DNA of 64,000 nucleotides from an uncultured Halobacteriales archaeon (GCA_964523745.1 CAZGAX010000002.1:7945-71944); one strand, 5' to 3'; shown: positions 9,488 through 20,881, counted from the stretch's first letter. Numbers and translations: made by a program. Notes: generated from the letters alone by a model not told the origin.

Positions 9488-11215
9488 TCACCGGTCGGTC
9501 TCGATGACCGTCTCGAACAGCTTGCCCTGGGCCTTCCGAAGGTGGTTGTGGAGGGTGGGCGAGGAGATGCCGAGCGTGTCGGCGAGTTCTTCTGCGGTGC
9601 TGCCGCGGGGCCACTCGAAGTAGCCGGCGTGGTAGGCCGCACGGAGGACCGACCGCTGTTTGTCGGTCAGGTCGGACTCGACGGTAGTCCGGAGGTCGGC
9701 GGGCGAGGTGCCGGCCCGTTCGGTCTCCTCCTTGCGCTGGAACGTGGTGGAGGGATACCGTTCCTGGAGGGCGTCGCGGACGGCCCTGACGTCGACGTCC
9801 GGGGCGAACTCGGCGACTATGCGGGCACGGCCGTCGGTCACCTGGAGGTCGGCCACCCGGCCGCCCCGGGCGGCCAGCGTCCGGACCGGCGATTCGTCCT
9901 TGAGGACGACCTCGAGGAGGGCGCCGTCGGCGGTGCTGCGCAGCAGGCGGGCCTCGACCGAGTGGCGGTCGGTCAGGCGACCGAGGGCGTCCTCGCCGGC
10001 CGTGTCCGAGACGGTGAGAAAACAGACGATGGCGCCGTCGTCGCCCGAGACGGTGCCTTCGAGCGTGACGGTACAGTCCAGCGCGGCCGAACAGTCGACG
10101 AAGAGGGCGTCGCGGTCCTCGTAGGTGAACTCCAGGTGCAGGACGGCGTCGCCCAGCAGCAACTGCTTGCGTTCGACGGCGGTGATGGCGAAGCCGACCC
10201 GTCGGCCGAGGTCGGCCAGCGCGGTGCGCTCGGGGTCGTCGAAGGCCGACCGCGTGTCGGCACGAACGACGAGCGCCCCGTAGTCGGCGTCGCCGTGGCC
10301 GACGGGAATGGCCGCCAGCAGCGTCTGTTCCGGGCGTCTCGCCCCCCGGTCCGGGCCGACGAGGACCCGACCGGCGTCGAGCGCCCGGCGGATGAGGCCG
10401 GCGTTGCCCATCTCACGGACGACGGCGTCGTCGGTCCCCGCGCTGGTCCGCACCACGACGCCGTCGCCGTACGACTCGCGCTCGACCAGCCAGGCCGCCT
10501 CGTAGGGGTTCCCGGTGCCGAGCCGGTCACAGACGCCGGTCTCGACGGCTTCGCGGGAGCCGGCCGTGGCGAGCGCCTCGCCGACGTCGGCCAGCAGCGG
10601 GACGACCGACGTGAGACGGCTGGCGTCGCCGGTCGGGTCGTCGTCCAGGCGTTCGAAGGCCTCGACGACCGCCGGCCGGTCGGGTTCGTCGCGGTCGGGC
10701 AACAGCCCGTCCAGGCCGGCCCAACCGCCGACGTGCAACACGACTCGCGGGTCGACGCCGTGGGTGACCAGTAGCTGGCGGGCGAAGTGGTGGCGGAGCG
10801 TCGTCGGCGTCACCGCAGCCAGGTCGTGGTGGCGAGTGGCCTCCGCCGCCCGCTCGGCGACGTCGTTGACGAGCATCTGGACCCGTCGGGGCGTGACGTC
10901 GACGACCCGCTCGTCGGCGGCGACGTCGTGGGACCGGACGTACTGCAGGAAGTCGTGAGCGACCGCGCCGGGGACGTACGCCTCCCGCTCGCCGTCGCTC
11001 TCCCTGACCGTCAGGAAGTACCGCGTTCGACCGCCGACGGCCCGTTCGGTGACGTCGTCGGGACGGACCCGCGTCACCTCGACCGCCCGGAGCCCCACCT
11101 CGCCACAGAGCCGCAACACCAGTTCCTCCCGATAGGTCTCGCTCGCCCGTCGGAGCGCCTCGTATCCCGACGCCGTCAGGCGAACGTCGTCGTGCTGGGT
11201 GGTCTCCCCGGCCAT
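9488..11215 (-). CDS. Bat-type transcription regulator: tyrosine-recombinase-like N-terminal domain + GAF-like + BAT/HTH_10
   Basis: 575 aa. The N-terminus resembles an integrase catalytic fold (GLRAVEVTRVRPDDV ... TPTTLRHHFARQLL ... LHVGGWAGL) but lacks the catalytic Tyr. The C-terminus LTDKQRSVLRAAYHAGYFEWPRGSTAEELADTLGISSPTLHNHLRKAQ is a canonical HTH_10. Confidence 0.8.
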   Translation of the reverse strand: MAGETTQHDDVRLTASGYEALRRASETYREELVLRLCGEVGLRAVEVTRVRPDDVTERAVGGRTRYFLTVRESDGEREAYVPGAVAHDFLQYVRSHDVAADERVVDVTPRRVQMLVNDVAERAAEATRHHDLAAVTPTTLRHHFARQLLVTHGVDPRVVLHVGGWAGLDGLLPDRDEPDRPAVVEAFERLDDDPTGDASRLTSVVPLLADVGEALATAGSREAVETGVCDRLGTGNPYEAAWLVERESYGDGVVVRTSAGTDDAVVREMGNAGLIRRALDAGRVLVGPDRGARRPEQTLLAAIPVGHGDADYGALVVRADTRSAFDDPERTALADLGRRVGFAITAVERKQLLLGDAVLHLEFTYEDRDALFVDCSAALDCTVTLEGTVSGDDGAIVCFLTVSDTAGEDALGRLTDRHSVEARLLRSTADGALLEVVLKDESPVRTLAARGGRVADLQVTDGRARIVAEFAPDVDVRAVRDALQERYPSTTFQRKEETERAGTSPADLRTTVESDLTDKQRSVLRAAYHAGYFEWPRGSTAEELADTLGISSPTLHNHLRKAQGKLFETVIETDR

Positions 11216-11357
11216 GAGTTCGGTATACTTCAGGGACGCGAAATAGCTACAAAGGTGTTGTGGTGGAAATCGTCCGGTCTCACCGGGAACGGGGACCGAG
11301 TCACCGGCCCAGGGTGCCCCAACAGTTTCGGAATCCGATCAGATAGCGAACCACCGG

Positions 11358-13343
<1,986 letters not shown>

Positions 13344-13414
13344 CCCTAAATACCCGCGTTTACGGTCGTCGGGCCGACATCACACCTTTGGTCCAGCGCC
13401 GCACACGGACTTCT

Positions 13415-13882
13415 ATGCAGAAAGTGGCCACTGACGACGTCGACAACTGGATCGGACCGTCCGACGTGAAACGCCCCCTGGCCCGGGCCCTGGGGACCGA
13501 GCACGTCGCAATTAACTACTACGAACTCGCCCCGGGAGACGCGTTCGGCTTCGGCTACCACCGCCACCCCGACCAGGAAGAGGTGTTCTACGTCTTCGAG
13601 GGGACGGCGACGTTCGAGACCGAGGACGGCGACGTCGACGTGGCCGCCGGGGAGGCTATCAAGTTCGACCCCGGCGAGTGGCAGCTCGGCCGCAACGACG
13701 GCGACCGGCGGGTGAAAGCGCTCGCCCTCGGTGCCCCCGCCGACGCCAACGAGGCCGAGATGACCCGAGAGTGCGACGACTGCGGCGAGCGGACGGAGAA
13801 TCGGGTCGAGCGGGCCGACGACGGCGAGGGCCTGGTGACGGTCTGTGTGGACTGCGGCGCGGTCACCGGCCGGTTCGACTAG
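13415..13882 (+). CDS. Cupin domain protein with C-terminal CxxC...CxxC zinc ribbon
   Basis: Start MQKVATDD. Cupin motifs are GYHRHPDQEEVFYVFEG and GEAIKF. The C-terminus is CDDCG...CVDCG. Confidence 0.7.
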   Translation: MQKVATDDVDNWIGPSDVKRPLARALGTEHVAINYYELAPGDAFGFGYHRHPDQEEVFYVFEGTATFETEDGDVDVAAGEAIKFDPGEWQLGRNDGDRRVKALALGAPADANEAEMTRECDDCGERTENRVERADDGEGLVTVCVDCGAVTGRFD

Positions 13883-13948
13883 GTGATAGCCCCGGTGGTG
13901 GGGTGGTCCGGGGAAGACCCTTGTCCGTCCCGGCCGTCACTCCGCAGT

Positions 13949-14269
13949 ATGATCGTGGTTGCAAACCGGTTCCACGTCGCGGAGGACTACGAGGAGGAGT
14001 TCGTCGAACGGTTCGCAGACAGCACTGGTACCGTCGCGGACCACGACGGGTTCGTCCGCTTCGAACTCCTGACGCCGGAGGCCCATCCCCACGGCGAGAC
14101 CGAGACGCACGTCGCCATGACCTACTGGGAGTCGATGGACGCGTTCCGTGCCTGGACCGAGAGCGAGGACTTCCAGGAGGCCCACAGCAACGACGCCCCG
14201 GACGGGATGTTCACGGCGCCGAACGAACTCGAGATACACTCCGTCGCCGTCGAGCGGACTCCGGAGTGA
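13949..14269 (+). CDS. Antibiotic biosynthesis monooxygenase (ABM / IsdG-HmoA-like) domain protein
   Basis: Start MIVVANRFHV. The length (~106 aa) and the pattern YWESMDAFRAWTESEDFQEAH are typical of the ABM ferredoxin-like fold. Confidence 0.65.
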   Translation: MIVVANRFHVAEDYEEEFVERFADSTGTVADHDGFVRFELLTPEAHPHGETETHVAMTYWESMDAFRAWTESEDFQEAHSNDAPDGMFTAPNELEIHSVAVERTPE

Positions 14270-14338
14270 GGAGTGCTCGCCGCCGACACGGTCGCCAGCC
14301 GAGACGCCTAAGACCCGCCGTCCCCGACTGCCGACCGA

Positions 14339-15358
14339 ATGACCGAGTCGCTGTCGGCCATCGTCGCCAAACCCCGGGCCCAGGCAGCCATCGCCTCGCT
14401 CCGGGACGAAGGCGTCTACGACGACAGCCGGAGCGTCTACGAGTGCGGCGACGAGAGCGTCGCGATTCCGATCACTGCCCATCCCGAGTACACCGATGTC
14501 ATCGAGGTGGTCCGCGACGAGGGCGAACCCCGCCTGCGAACCCTCGAAGACCACCTCCGGGAGCGGGGCTGGACCGACGACGAAATCGACAAGGCGCCGG
14601 GCTCCTGGGCGGTCGTCGGCAGCGTCGTGCTCGTGGAGGTGAGCGACGCACCCCATCCCGAAGACGTGGGTGAGGCGCTGCTGGCGCTCCACGGCCAGGC
14701 CGACACCGTCCTGGCGCGGGGCGGCGTCGGGGGTCCCCACCGCGAACCCGACGTGACCGTCCTGGCCGGCGAGGGCGACACCGAGACCGTCCATCAGGAA
14801 CACGGGACGACTTACGCCCTGGACTTCGCGGAGGTGATGTTCTCGCCGGGGAACAAGGCCGAGCGAGCCCGAATGGGAGAAATCGTCGGGGACGGTGAGC
14901 GAGTCCTCGACGCCTTCGCCGGCATCGGCTACTTTGCGCTGCCGATGGCCCGGGCCGGGGCCGAAGTGACGGCCGTCGAACGCAACCCGGCGGCGTTCCA
15001 GTACCTGATCGAGAACGCGATGCGGAACGGGGTGCAAGAGCGGATCCACGCCTACCGGGGCGACAACCGGGAGGTAGTGCCGGAGCTGGCGAAAGACGGC
15101 GTTGCCTTCGAGCGAATCTGCATGGGTCACTACGACGCCTGGGAGTCGCTGGAAGCGGTGTTGCCGGCGCTGGAATCAGGTGGAACGGTCCACGTGCACG
15201 AGGCGACGCCGGAAGCGCTGGTTCCTGAGAGGCCGGTGGAGCGGCTGGAAGACGCGGCGGCGGACCTGGAGCGGTCGGTGGAGGTGCAGGAGGTCCGGAC
15301 GGTCAAGACCTACAGCGAAGGCGTGGCCCACGTCGTGGTCGACGCCGTGGTCGAGTAA
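14339..15358 (+). CDS. Class I SAM-dependent methyltransferase, Met-10+/Trm5-TYW2 family (tRNA modification)
   Basis: 339 aa with VLDAFAGIGYFALPMA SAM motif, NP loop (ERNP), and Met-10+-like architecture. Confidence 0.75.
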   Translation: MTESLSAIVAKPRAQAAIASLRDEGVYDDSRSVYECGDESVAIPITAHPEYTDVIEVVRDEGEPRLRTLEDHLRERGWTDDEIDKAPGSWAVVGSVVLVEVSDAPHPEDVGEALLALHGQADTVLARGGVGGPHREPDVTVLAGEGDTETVHQEHGTTYALDFAEVMFSPGNKAERARMGEIVGDGERVLDAFAGIGYFALPMARAGAEVTAVERNPAAFQYLIENAMRNGVQERIHAYRGDNREVVPELAKDGVAFERICMGHYDAWESLEAVLPALESGGTVHVHEATPEALVPERPVERLEDAAADLERSVEVQEVRTVKTYSEGVAHVVVDAVVE

Positions 15359-15368
15359 CCGGCCAGGA

Positions 15369-16085
15369 CTAGCCAGCACGCCGGACCGCCAGCGTCGCGA
15401 CGCCGACGGCGACGAGCGCGAACCCTGCGAGAGCGCCGACGGACGCGGCAAAGTCGCCTGCGTCGCCCACGCCGAGGACGACGTACTCCATCGCGTCGAT
15501 GAGGTGAGTGATCGGCATGACCAGCGCCGGGTACTCCAGGTAGACCGGGAGTTCCGAGACGGGCAGGAAGGTGCCGCCGAGGATGACCTGTGGGGCGATG
15601 ACGACGGGGATGAACTGGACCGCTTGAAACTCGTTCTGGGCAAACAGCGAAAGTACGATACCGAGGCCGAGCGCGGTCAGCGCACCGAGGAGTTCGACGC
15701 CGACGAAAGTCGGAATTCCCTGCGCGAAGGTGACGTCGAGGAAGACGACCGCTGCGCCGAGCAGGACCAGCGCCTGGACCGTGGCCAGGGCCCCGTAGCC
15801 CAGGAGGTACCCCAGCACCAGCCCCGACCGCGAGATCGGGGAGACCCGGACCCGCTCCAGGGTTCCCGCCGTCCGTTCCCGGAGGAAGCCGATGGCCGCC
15901 AGCAGATACGTGAGAAAGAAGACGAACACCCCCAACAGGATGGGTGCGACCGGCTCGGGCCGGGGGAACACTTCGCCGAGCAGCCAGATGATGAACACCG
16001 GGACGACGACCACCAGCCCGAGCGTTCGGGGGTCGCCCCGAAGCGACCGGAGGAGGCGCCCCGCCACCGGCAGTGCGCCCCTCAT
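15369..16085 (-). CDS. ABC-2 type transporter permease
   Basis: Internal start MRGALPVAG at 16085, with ATGA overlap to the ATPase stop. About six TM helices and the ABC-2 motif RERTAGTLERVRVSPISR. Confidence 0.8.
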   Translation of the reverse strand: MRGALPVAGRLLRSLRGDPRTLGLVVVVPVFIIWLLGEVFPRPEPVAPILLGVFVFFLTYLLAAIGFLRERTAGTLERVRVSPISRSGLVLGYLLGYGALATVQALVLLGAAVVFLDVTFAQGIPTFVGVELLGALTALGLGIVLSLFAQNEFQAVQFIPVVIAPQVILGGTFLPVSELPVYLEYPALVMPITHLIDAMEYVVLGVGDAGDFAASVGALAGFALVAVGVATLAVRRAG

Positions 16086-16864
16086 GCGACTCCCTCCGCC
16101 GTGGCATCGCCTCGGTCGTCCGGGGAATCGTCGCCATCGGTCGCAAGCAACGAGAGGAACGCCGCCTCCATGTCGTCCGTGGCAGTCTGCTCGCGGAGCA
16201 CCTCCGGGGAATCCCTGGCGAGCACCCGCCCCTCCCGGAGGAACAGCACCTCGTCGCAACGCGAGACCTCCTCAAGGTAGTGCGTCGACACGACGACGAT
16301 GGCTCCCTCCTCGCGGTGCTCCCGGAAGCCCTCCCACATCGACGCCCGGAGTTCTGGGTCCAGGCCGACCGTCGGTTCGTCCAGGCAGAGGAGTCGGGGT
16401 TCGTGGACGACGGCACAGGCCAGGCTCGTCCGGCGGACCATCCCGCCGGAGAGCGACCCGATGCGGTCGTCGGCCCGGTCGGCAAGACCGACGAACGAGA
16501 GCGCCCGGTCGACGGCCGCCTTCCGGTCTGCGACCCGGTAGAGGCTGGCGAAGAAGGCCACGTTCTCCCTCACCGTGAGGTCGCGGTAGATGGCCGTCTC
16601 CTGTGGCATGTAGCCGAGGGCGGCCCGCTGGTCACCGTCGAGGTGGCGGGCCGGCGTGTCGTCGATTCGTACCTCGCCGGCGGTCGGCGCCAGGAGGCCG
16701 AGCAGGCAGCGGATCAGCGTCGTCTTGCCGGAGCCGTTCGGGCCGGCGACGCCGACTATTGTCGGCTCGTCGAAGGCGAGGTCGACGCCATCGACGGCGG
16801 TCACGGGGCCGAACGAGCGTCGTAACCCCTCTATCTCGACTGTCGGGGGTGTGTCTGTGTCCAT
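16082..16864 (-). CDS. ABC transporter ATP-binding protein
   Basis: Start MDTDTPPTVEIEGL at 16864. Walker A GPNGSGKTT, signature LSGGMVRR, Walker B LLCLDEPT. The longer ORF-track extension upstream is Arg/Pro-rich and not credible. Confidence 0.88.
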   Translation of the reverse strand: MDTDTPPTVEIEGLRRSFGPVTAVDGVDLAFDEPTIVGVAGPNGSGKTTLIRCLLGLLAPTAGEVRIDDTPARHLDGDQRAALGYMPQETAIYRDLTVRENVAFFASLYRVADRKAAVDRALSFVGLADRADDRIGSLSGGMVRRTSLACAVVHEPRLLCLDEPTVGLDPELRASMWEGFREHREEGAIVVVSTHYLEEVSRCDEVLFLREGRVLARDSPEVLREQTATDDMEAAFLSLLATDGDDSPDDRGDATAEGVA

Positions 16865-16948
16865 ATCAGGTGATATTCCTGCGACTCCGTAAGTCGTTAT
16901 GCGTCGTATAGCCGGTGTATTTAAGTTTGTTCCTCCAAGAGTCCCCGT

Positions 16949-17623
16949 GTGAAGTCCGTCCGCCTGGTCAGTCGGCCGCCGCCGGACCTGGCGCCGCGGC
17001 CGTTCACGCTGCTGGCAGACTCGGCGTTCGTCACGGAGACGCGACTGCTCGACTGGAACCTCGCGGCGCCGGAGACGGTGACGGGGCTGTTCGTCGTCGA
17101 CGGCGACGGCGAGCGGCTCGCCGCGGAGCTTCGGGAGGAGGCCGTGGTTACGTCTGTCGACGCCGAGCGGCTGGCCGACGACCGATGGGTCGTCCTCGTC
17201 CAGCTCCGGTCGGACGCCATCTCCCTGCTGGAACAGGTCCTCGGAAGCGTCAGCCGGCCCGGCCTCGTCCTGACGATGCCGGTGGTCTACCGGGACGGCC
17301 GGGTCCACGTCCGGCTGGTCGGGGCCGACGACGCCCTCCAGGCGATGCTGGACGGCCTGCCGGATGCCATCGACATCGACGTCCGGGCCGTCGAGACGTT
17401 CCGACCGGAGCGGGCCGAGCCGGGTGCGGCGCTGAGCGAGCGCCAGCGAGCCGCCGTCGACGCGGCGCTGGAGTTGGGCTACTACGACACGCCGCGGCAG
17501 GCGACCCACGCCGACGTGGCCGACCGGTTGGGCTGTGCGCCGAGCACGGCCAGCGAGCACCTCCAGCGGGCCGAGGCGAAACTCGCCAGGGCGACGAGCG
17601 ACGGCGTGGAGCGACAGTCCTAA
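16949..17623 (+). CDS. HTH_10 (Bat-like) DNA-binding protein
   Basis: 224 aa. The C-terminus LSERQRAAVDAALELGYYDTPRQATHADVADRLGCAPSTASEHLQRAEAKL is an HTH_10 motif. It is divergent from the ABC-2 exporter pair. Confidence 0.8.
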   Translation: MKSVRLVSRPPPDLAPRPFTLLADSAFVTETRLLDWNLAAPETVTGLFVVDGDGERLAAELREEAVVTSVDAERLADDRWVVLVQLRSDAISLLEQVLGSVSRPGLVLTMPVVYRDGRVHVRLVGADDALQAMLDGLPDAIDIDVRAVETFRPERAEPGAALSERQRAAVDAALELGYYDTPRQATHADVADRLGCAPSTASEHLQRAEAKLARATSDGVERQS

Positions 17624-17647
17624 TTCCCGGCAGGTCCAGGTGGCCGT

Positions 17648-17734
17648 ATGGACCGCCAGCAGATCATCGCCATCATCTTCGTCATCCTCATGATTGGCTC
17701 GTCGGTCGTCTACGGCCTGAGTTACATTCTCTAG
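17648..17734 (+). CDS. Candidate 28-aa single-TM micro-protein
   Basis: Manual translation ATG 17648 to TAG 17734: MDRQQIIAIIFVILMIGSSVVYGLSYIL. It has lower-GC, codon-like periodicity in an otherwise empty spacer. There is no other support. Confidence 0.3.
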   Translation: MDRQQIIAIIFVILMIGSSVVYGLSYIL

Positions 17735-19521
17735 TCCCAGACGTCCGAGAGGGGATGGTCGGCGACGGCGTCGCTGCTCCCGCCGGACGAACTTCCCGAC
17801 GAGCCACTGGACGACCCACCGGTCGACCGCCCCGACGATCTCCCCGTCGACCGCGCCCTCGATACCGTCCCGGAGGTGTCCCGAAGCGCCCCGGCGACGG
17901 TCCCCTCCGGCAAGTCGGGCCGCTCCATCCGGTCGACCTGTTCGGCGAACCAGTCCGGCATGTCGGTTCTCGCCCGTTCGAACAGGTCAAGCAGCGACGA
18001 GTCCGCCAGGTACGTCGCGCCGTAGTCGTCCGGCGCCCTGACGACGCGGCCACAGCCCTGGATCACGGTTCTGAGCGCCGTCCGGTAGTACCAGCCCCAC
18101 TGGCCGTCCTCCAGTCTCGCGGCGACTCTCGAATCCCGGGTGTTGGGATACGGTGCCTTGCAAAGCACCTGCCAGCGGGCCAGGTCGCCCTCCAGGTCCA
18201 GCGCTTCCTCCATCTTCACCGAGAGGAAGACGTTCGGCGCGTCGTTGCGCTTCCAGGCGGCCAGCTGCCCGTCTCTATCGTCCCGGTCGTGGCTCCGCAG
18301 GCGGCTCTCGACGCCCAGATCGGTGAGGTGGTCCAGCAGTCGCTCCTGGATGGCGTAGGAGTGGCAGTGGACGATGCCTTTCTCGTCGGGATGCTTGGCC
18401 ATGATCCGAACGAGGGTCTCGGCGATGGCCGGGATGGTCTCGTCGCGGTGCTCGTAGGTCATCTTCCCCTGGGTCACGTCGTAGAGCGGCCGGTGCTCGA
18501 CGGGGAAGGTGTGGGGCACCTCGACGAGGGCCACGTCGTCGGTGTTCAGGCCGACGTTGGCACAGAAGGCGTCCTTGTTCAGAATGGTGGCCGACAGGAG
18601 GGCGAACTTCTGGCCGCGGTCCCAGACGGTGTGTTTGAGGTACCGCTCGGGGTTCATCGGCTTGATGGTGACGCTGCTGCCCTGGCCCTCTGGCTGGTCG
18701 ACCACCCACGTCGTCGGGCTCTCGGGGTCGCGGTACTCCTCGACGAACCACTTGAGTTCTGACTTCAGTTCCTGCCAGCGGTCGCGTTCTGCGACCTCGT
18801 CGGGCGACAGTTCGGCGTTGCCACGCAGGTCGTCGAGCCGTCGGTCGCAGGCCGAGCGGACCCGGTCGGCGTACTGGACGGCGGCGTCGAGGTCGTCGTC
18901 CACGTTCGGCGGTTCGAGTTCGTCCCACGCCGGGACTCTCTCGGGTCCGAGGTCGATGGTGGCGTACATCTCCGCCCAGGTGCCGAGGCCGTGAGCCTCG
19001 TCGATGACGACGACGTCCCGGGGGCCGAAGACGTCCGAGCCGGCGGTCTGCATGAAGTACGCCAGCGTCATCGCCGCGATGCCCGTGTTTGCGGCGATGG
19101 AGCGGTCGGAGAAGTACGGACAGCGGTGTTTGACCTGGCAGTTGAATTCGCGTTCTCTGGCGCAGGGCGCCTGATTCACGGGGGTATCGGTCTCGCCGGG
19201 CAGGATACACGAGTAGTTGTTCTTGCCCCGAATGATGGAAAGGTCGTCCATGAGCGGGTCGCCGGCGACGTCGTCCAGCTGGGAGACCTGCGGCGTGGTG
19301 TAGTACGCGCCGATGGGGAGCGTCGAGTCCTCGACGTTTGCCTGCCTGGCGCAGCCCGCGATGGCTCGCGCCAGGAGGGACTTGCCGCTGCCCGTCGGGG
19401 CGCGGACCAGCACGACGTCGTTACCGGCTTCGAATGCTGCCCGAATGTCGGAGAGCGCCTGTTCCTGGGCGCCACGGTAGTCGGGTGCCGGAAATGCCTC
19501 GTGAATGCGGGAGGGCTCCAC
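17731..19521 (-). CDS. XPD/Rad3/DinG-family superfamily-2 DNA helicase with 4-Cys (FeS-type) insert
   Basis: 596 aa with Walker A APTGSGKS, DEAH box VVVIDEAHG, and four Cys in CILPG...C...C...C between them. It ends in a Ser/Gly-rich tail. Confidence 0.8.
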   Translation of the reverse strand: MEPSRIHEAFPAPDYRGAQEQALSDIRAAFEAGNDVVLVRAPTGSGKSLLARAIAGCARQANVEDSTLPIGAYYTTPQVSQLDDVAGDPLMDDLSIIRGKNNYSCILPGETDTPVNQAPCAREREFNCQVKHRCPYFSDRSIAANTGIAAMTLAYFMQTAGSDVFGPRDVVVIDEAHGLGTWAEMYATIDLGPERVPAWDELEPPNVDDDLDAAVQYADRVRSACDRRLDDLRGNAELSPDEVAERDRWQELKSELKWFVEEYRDPESPTTWVVDQPEGQGSSVTIKPMNPERYLKHTVWDRGQKFALLSATILNKDAFCANVGLNTDDVALVEVPHTFPVEHRPLYDVTQGKMTYEHRDETIPAIAETLVRIMAKHPDEKGIVHCHSYAIQERLLDHLTDLGVESRLRSHDRDDRDGQLAAWKRNDAPNVFLSVKMEEALDLEGDLARWQVLCKAPYPNTRDSRVAARLEDGQWGWYYRTALRTVIQGCGRVVRAPDDYGATYLADSSLLDLFERARTDMPDWFAEQVDRMERPDLPEGTVAGALRDTSGTVSRARSTGRSSGRSTGGSSSGSSGSSSGGSSDAVADHPLSDVWD

Positions 19522-19670
19522 GGCAAGGAGTGGTGACGGCTTGGGTCATAAACTTCGGGATGTTCGGTCCAGTACCGTGGCGGCGGTACCGACGACCCGT
19601 CCGGTGCATCCGGTGTCCAAGGCCGTCCCCCGGCGAAACACCTACACGTCTGCATACACGATGTATGCAC

Positions 19671-19868
19671 ATGAGCACCTCGATTCGAGTCGACGAGGAG
19701 ACCAAGGATCGACTGAAGCGACTCAAGCGGGAGGACGAGACGTGGAGCGAGTTCCTCGACCGACTCGCCACCGAACGGGGGTCGATGGAAGCAGGGGCGT
19801 GGGAAGGCACTGACAAAGCGGAGAAGGCCCGAGCGGCCAGGAAGCGAGCACGAGAGAGCTTTCGATAA
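19671..19868 (+). CDS. vapB: Antitoxin (VapB-like small DNA-binding protein)
   Basis: MSTSIRVDEETKDRLKRLKREDETWSEFLDRLA... (start 19671 or 19665). Its stop shares 1 nt with the start of the PIN gene. Confidence 0.7.
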   Translation: MSTSIRVDEETKDRLKRLKREDETWSEFLDRLATERGSMEAGAWEGTDKAEKARAARKRARESFR

Positions 19869-20254
19869 TGGCGTTTCTAGACTCGTCGGTTATCATCGAC
19901 TACCTCGTCGGCGTTGACCACGTCGTCGAGTACGTCGACGACCAGTCCTCCCTCTTCACGTCGAGTCTGTGTGTCTACGAGGTACTCGAGGGCGAAGTTC
20001 TCGGTAGCGGAGAGACGGACGTGATCGGCGCCAGACAGGCGTTCGGGCGGGTGAAAGCACTCGAATTCAACGAGGAGTTGGCGCTCGAAGCAGCCCGGAT
20101 GCAGGATCAACTGGCCTCGTCAGGAAACGCGTTGCCCACGTACGATTTGCTAATAGCCGCCTCGGCGCGGTCGACGGGAGACGAACTCGCAGTTACGGAC
20201 GACGACTTCGTCACCGACGCGTTGGAGGACGTCGTCGACGTTCGACGGCTGTGA
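19868..20254 (+). CDS. vapC: PIN-domain ribonuclease toxin (VapC)
   Basis: 128 aa with MAFLDSSVIIDYL (first acidic residue), EVLEG, and DLLIAASA, in typical PIN order. Confidence 0.8.
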   Translation: MAFLDSSVIIDYLVGVDHVVEYVDDQSSLFTSSLCVYEVLEGEVLGSGETDVIGARQAFGRVKALEFNEELALEAARMQDQLASSGNALPTYDLLIAASARSTGDELAVTDDDFVTDALEDVVDVRRL

Positions 20255-20271
20255 GGACCGGACATTGTACG

Positions 20272-20343
20272 CTACTCACCGAGTTCGGCCACGTCATAGA
20301 CCGTCACGTCTCGGCCGTCGAGCGCCTGCTCCGGAGCGACGCT
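20272..20343 (-). pseudogene. Possible 3' remnant of a paralog of the small zinc-finger gene at 21094..21351
   Basis: The frame ends ...EQALDGRDVTVYDVAELGE versus ...TEKLPDDREVTAEDVAELGE in the intact gene. DNA similarity runs over ~60 nt, there is no plausible start, and the upstream part overlaps the 20420 gene. Confidence 0.3.
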
Positions 20344-20419
20344 GCCGCGCCCCGCCTTCCGGCTACGCGGCGGTATCGAAGGATATACGATAATACAGTT
20401 GGATTGACGGGTCGAGACG

Positions 20420-20881
20420 ATGCAACGACGAGACGTACTCGGACGATGTTGTGCCGCCGTCGGGACACTGGCACTCGCCGGGTGTTCCGGGCTGACCGGT
20501 GACGGGTCGGGAACGAGCGACGGTTCCGGCGGCAGCACGCCGACGGCCGTCCCTCCACGGGGTTCCTTCACGTTCGAACTCGAGTCCAGGGGCAGCGACC
20601 GGGGACTGCTGACTGTTACGCGCCAAAGTGGTGATGTGATTCCCGCGGATGAACTCTACGTTCGAGGTGAGAGCTTCGCCGACGTCGACGAAGCCGAGAT
20701 GACCGAGTCCGGTTCGTGGGCAGGAAGTGCCTCCGGCAGTGCAGACGGCGGTTCGGCCGTCGTTTCCGGCGATTCCGTTTCGGTCGGCGTCCGGATGGAC
20801 TACGAGGTACGGGTCGTCTGGGAGGCAAGCGACGCCGACAAATCGATGCCGCTAGGTACCGACCGCGGGCCGGACGCCTGA
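20420..20881 (+). CDS. Secreted lipoprotein, unknown function (Tat-like signal + lipobox)
   Basis: MQRRDVLGRCCAAVGTLALAGCSG gives a twin-Arg, hydrophobic region and LAGC lipobox. A Ser/Gly linker is followed by a beta-rich domain. Confidence 0.7.
   Translation: MQRRDVLGRCCAAVGTLALAGCSGLTGDGSGTSDGSGGSTPTAVPPRGSFTFELESRGSDRGLLTVTRQSGDVIPADELYVRGESFADVDEAEMTESGSWAGSASGSADGGSAVVSGDSVSVGVRMDYEVRVVWEASDADKSMPLGTDRGPDA

Noticed and set aside
9488-11215. Integrase-like domain as evidence of a mobile element
   Set aside because: The catalytic Tyr and one His appear to be missing. The domain is fused to GAF and HTH_10 regulator modules, and no att-like repeats or other mobile-element genes are nearby.
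16915-18762. 615-aa plus-strand ORF spanning the HTH_10 gene and the helicase antisense strand
   Set aside because: It has Arg/Pro/Gly-rich composition and no motifs. It overlaps two well-supported genes.
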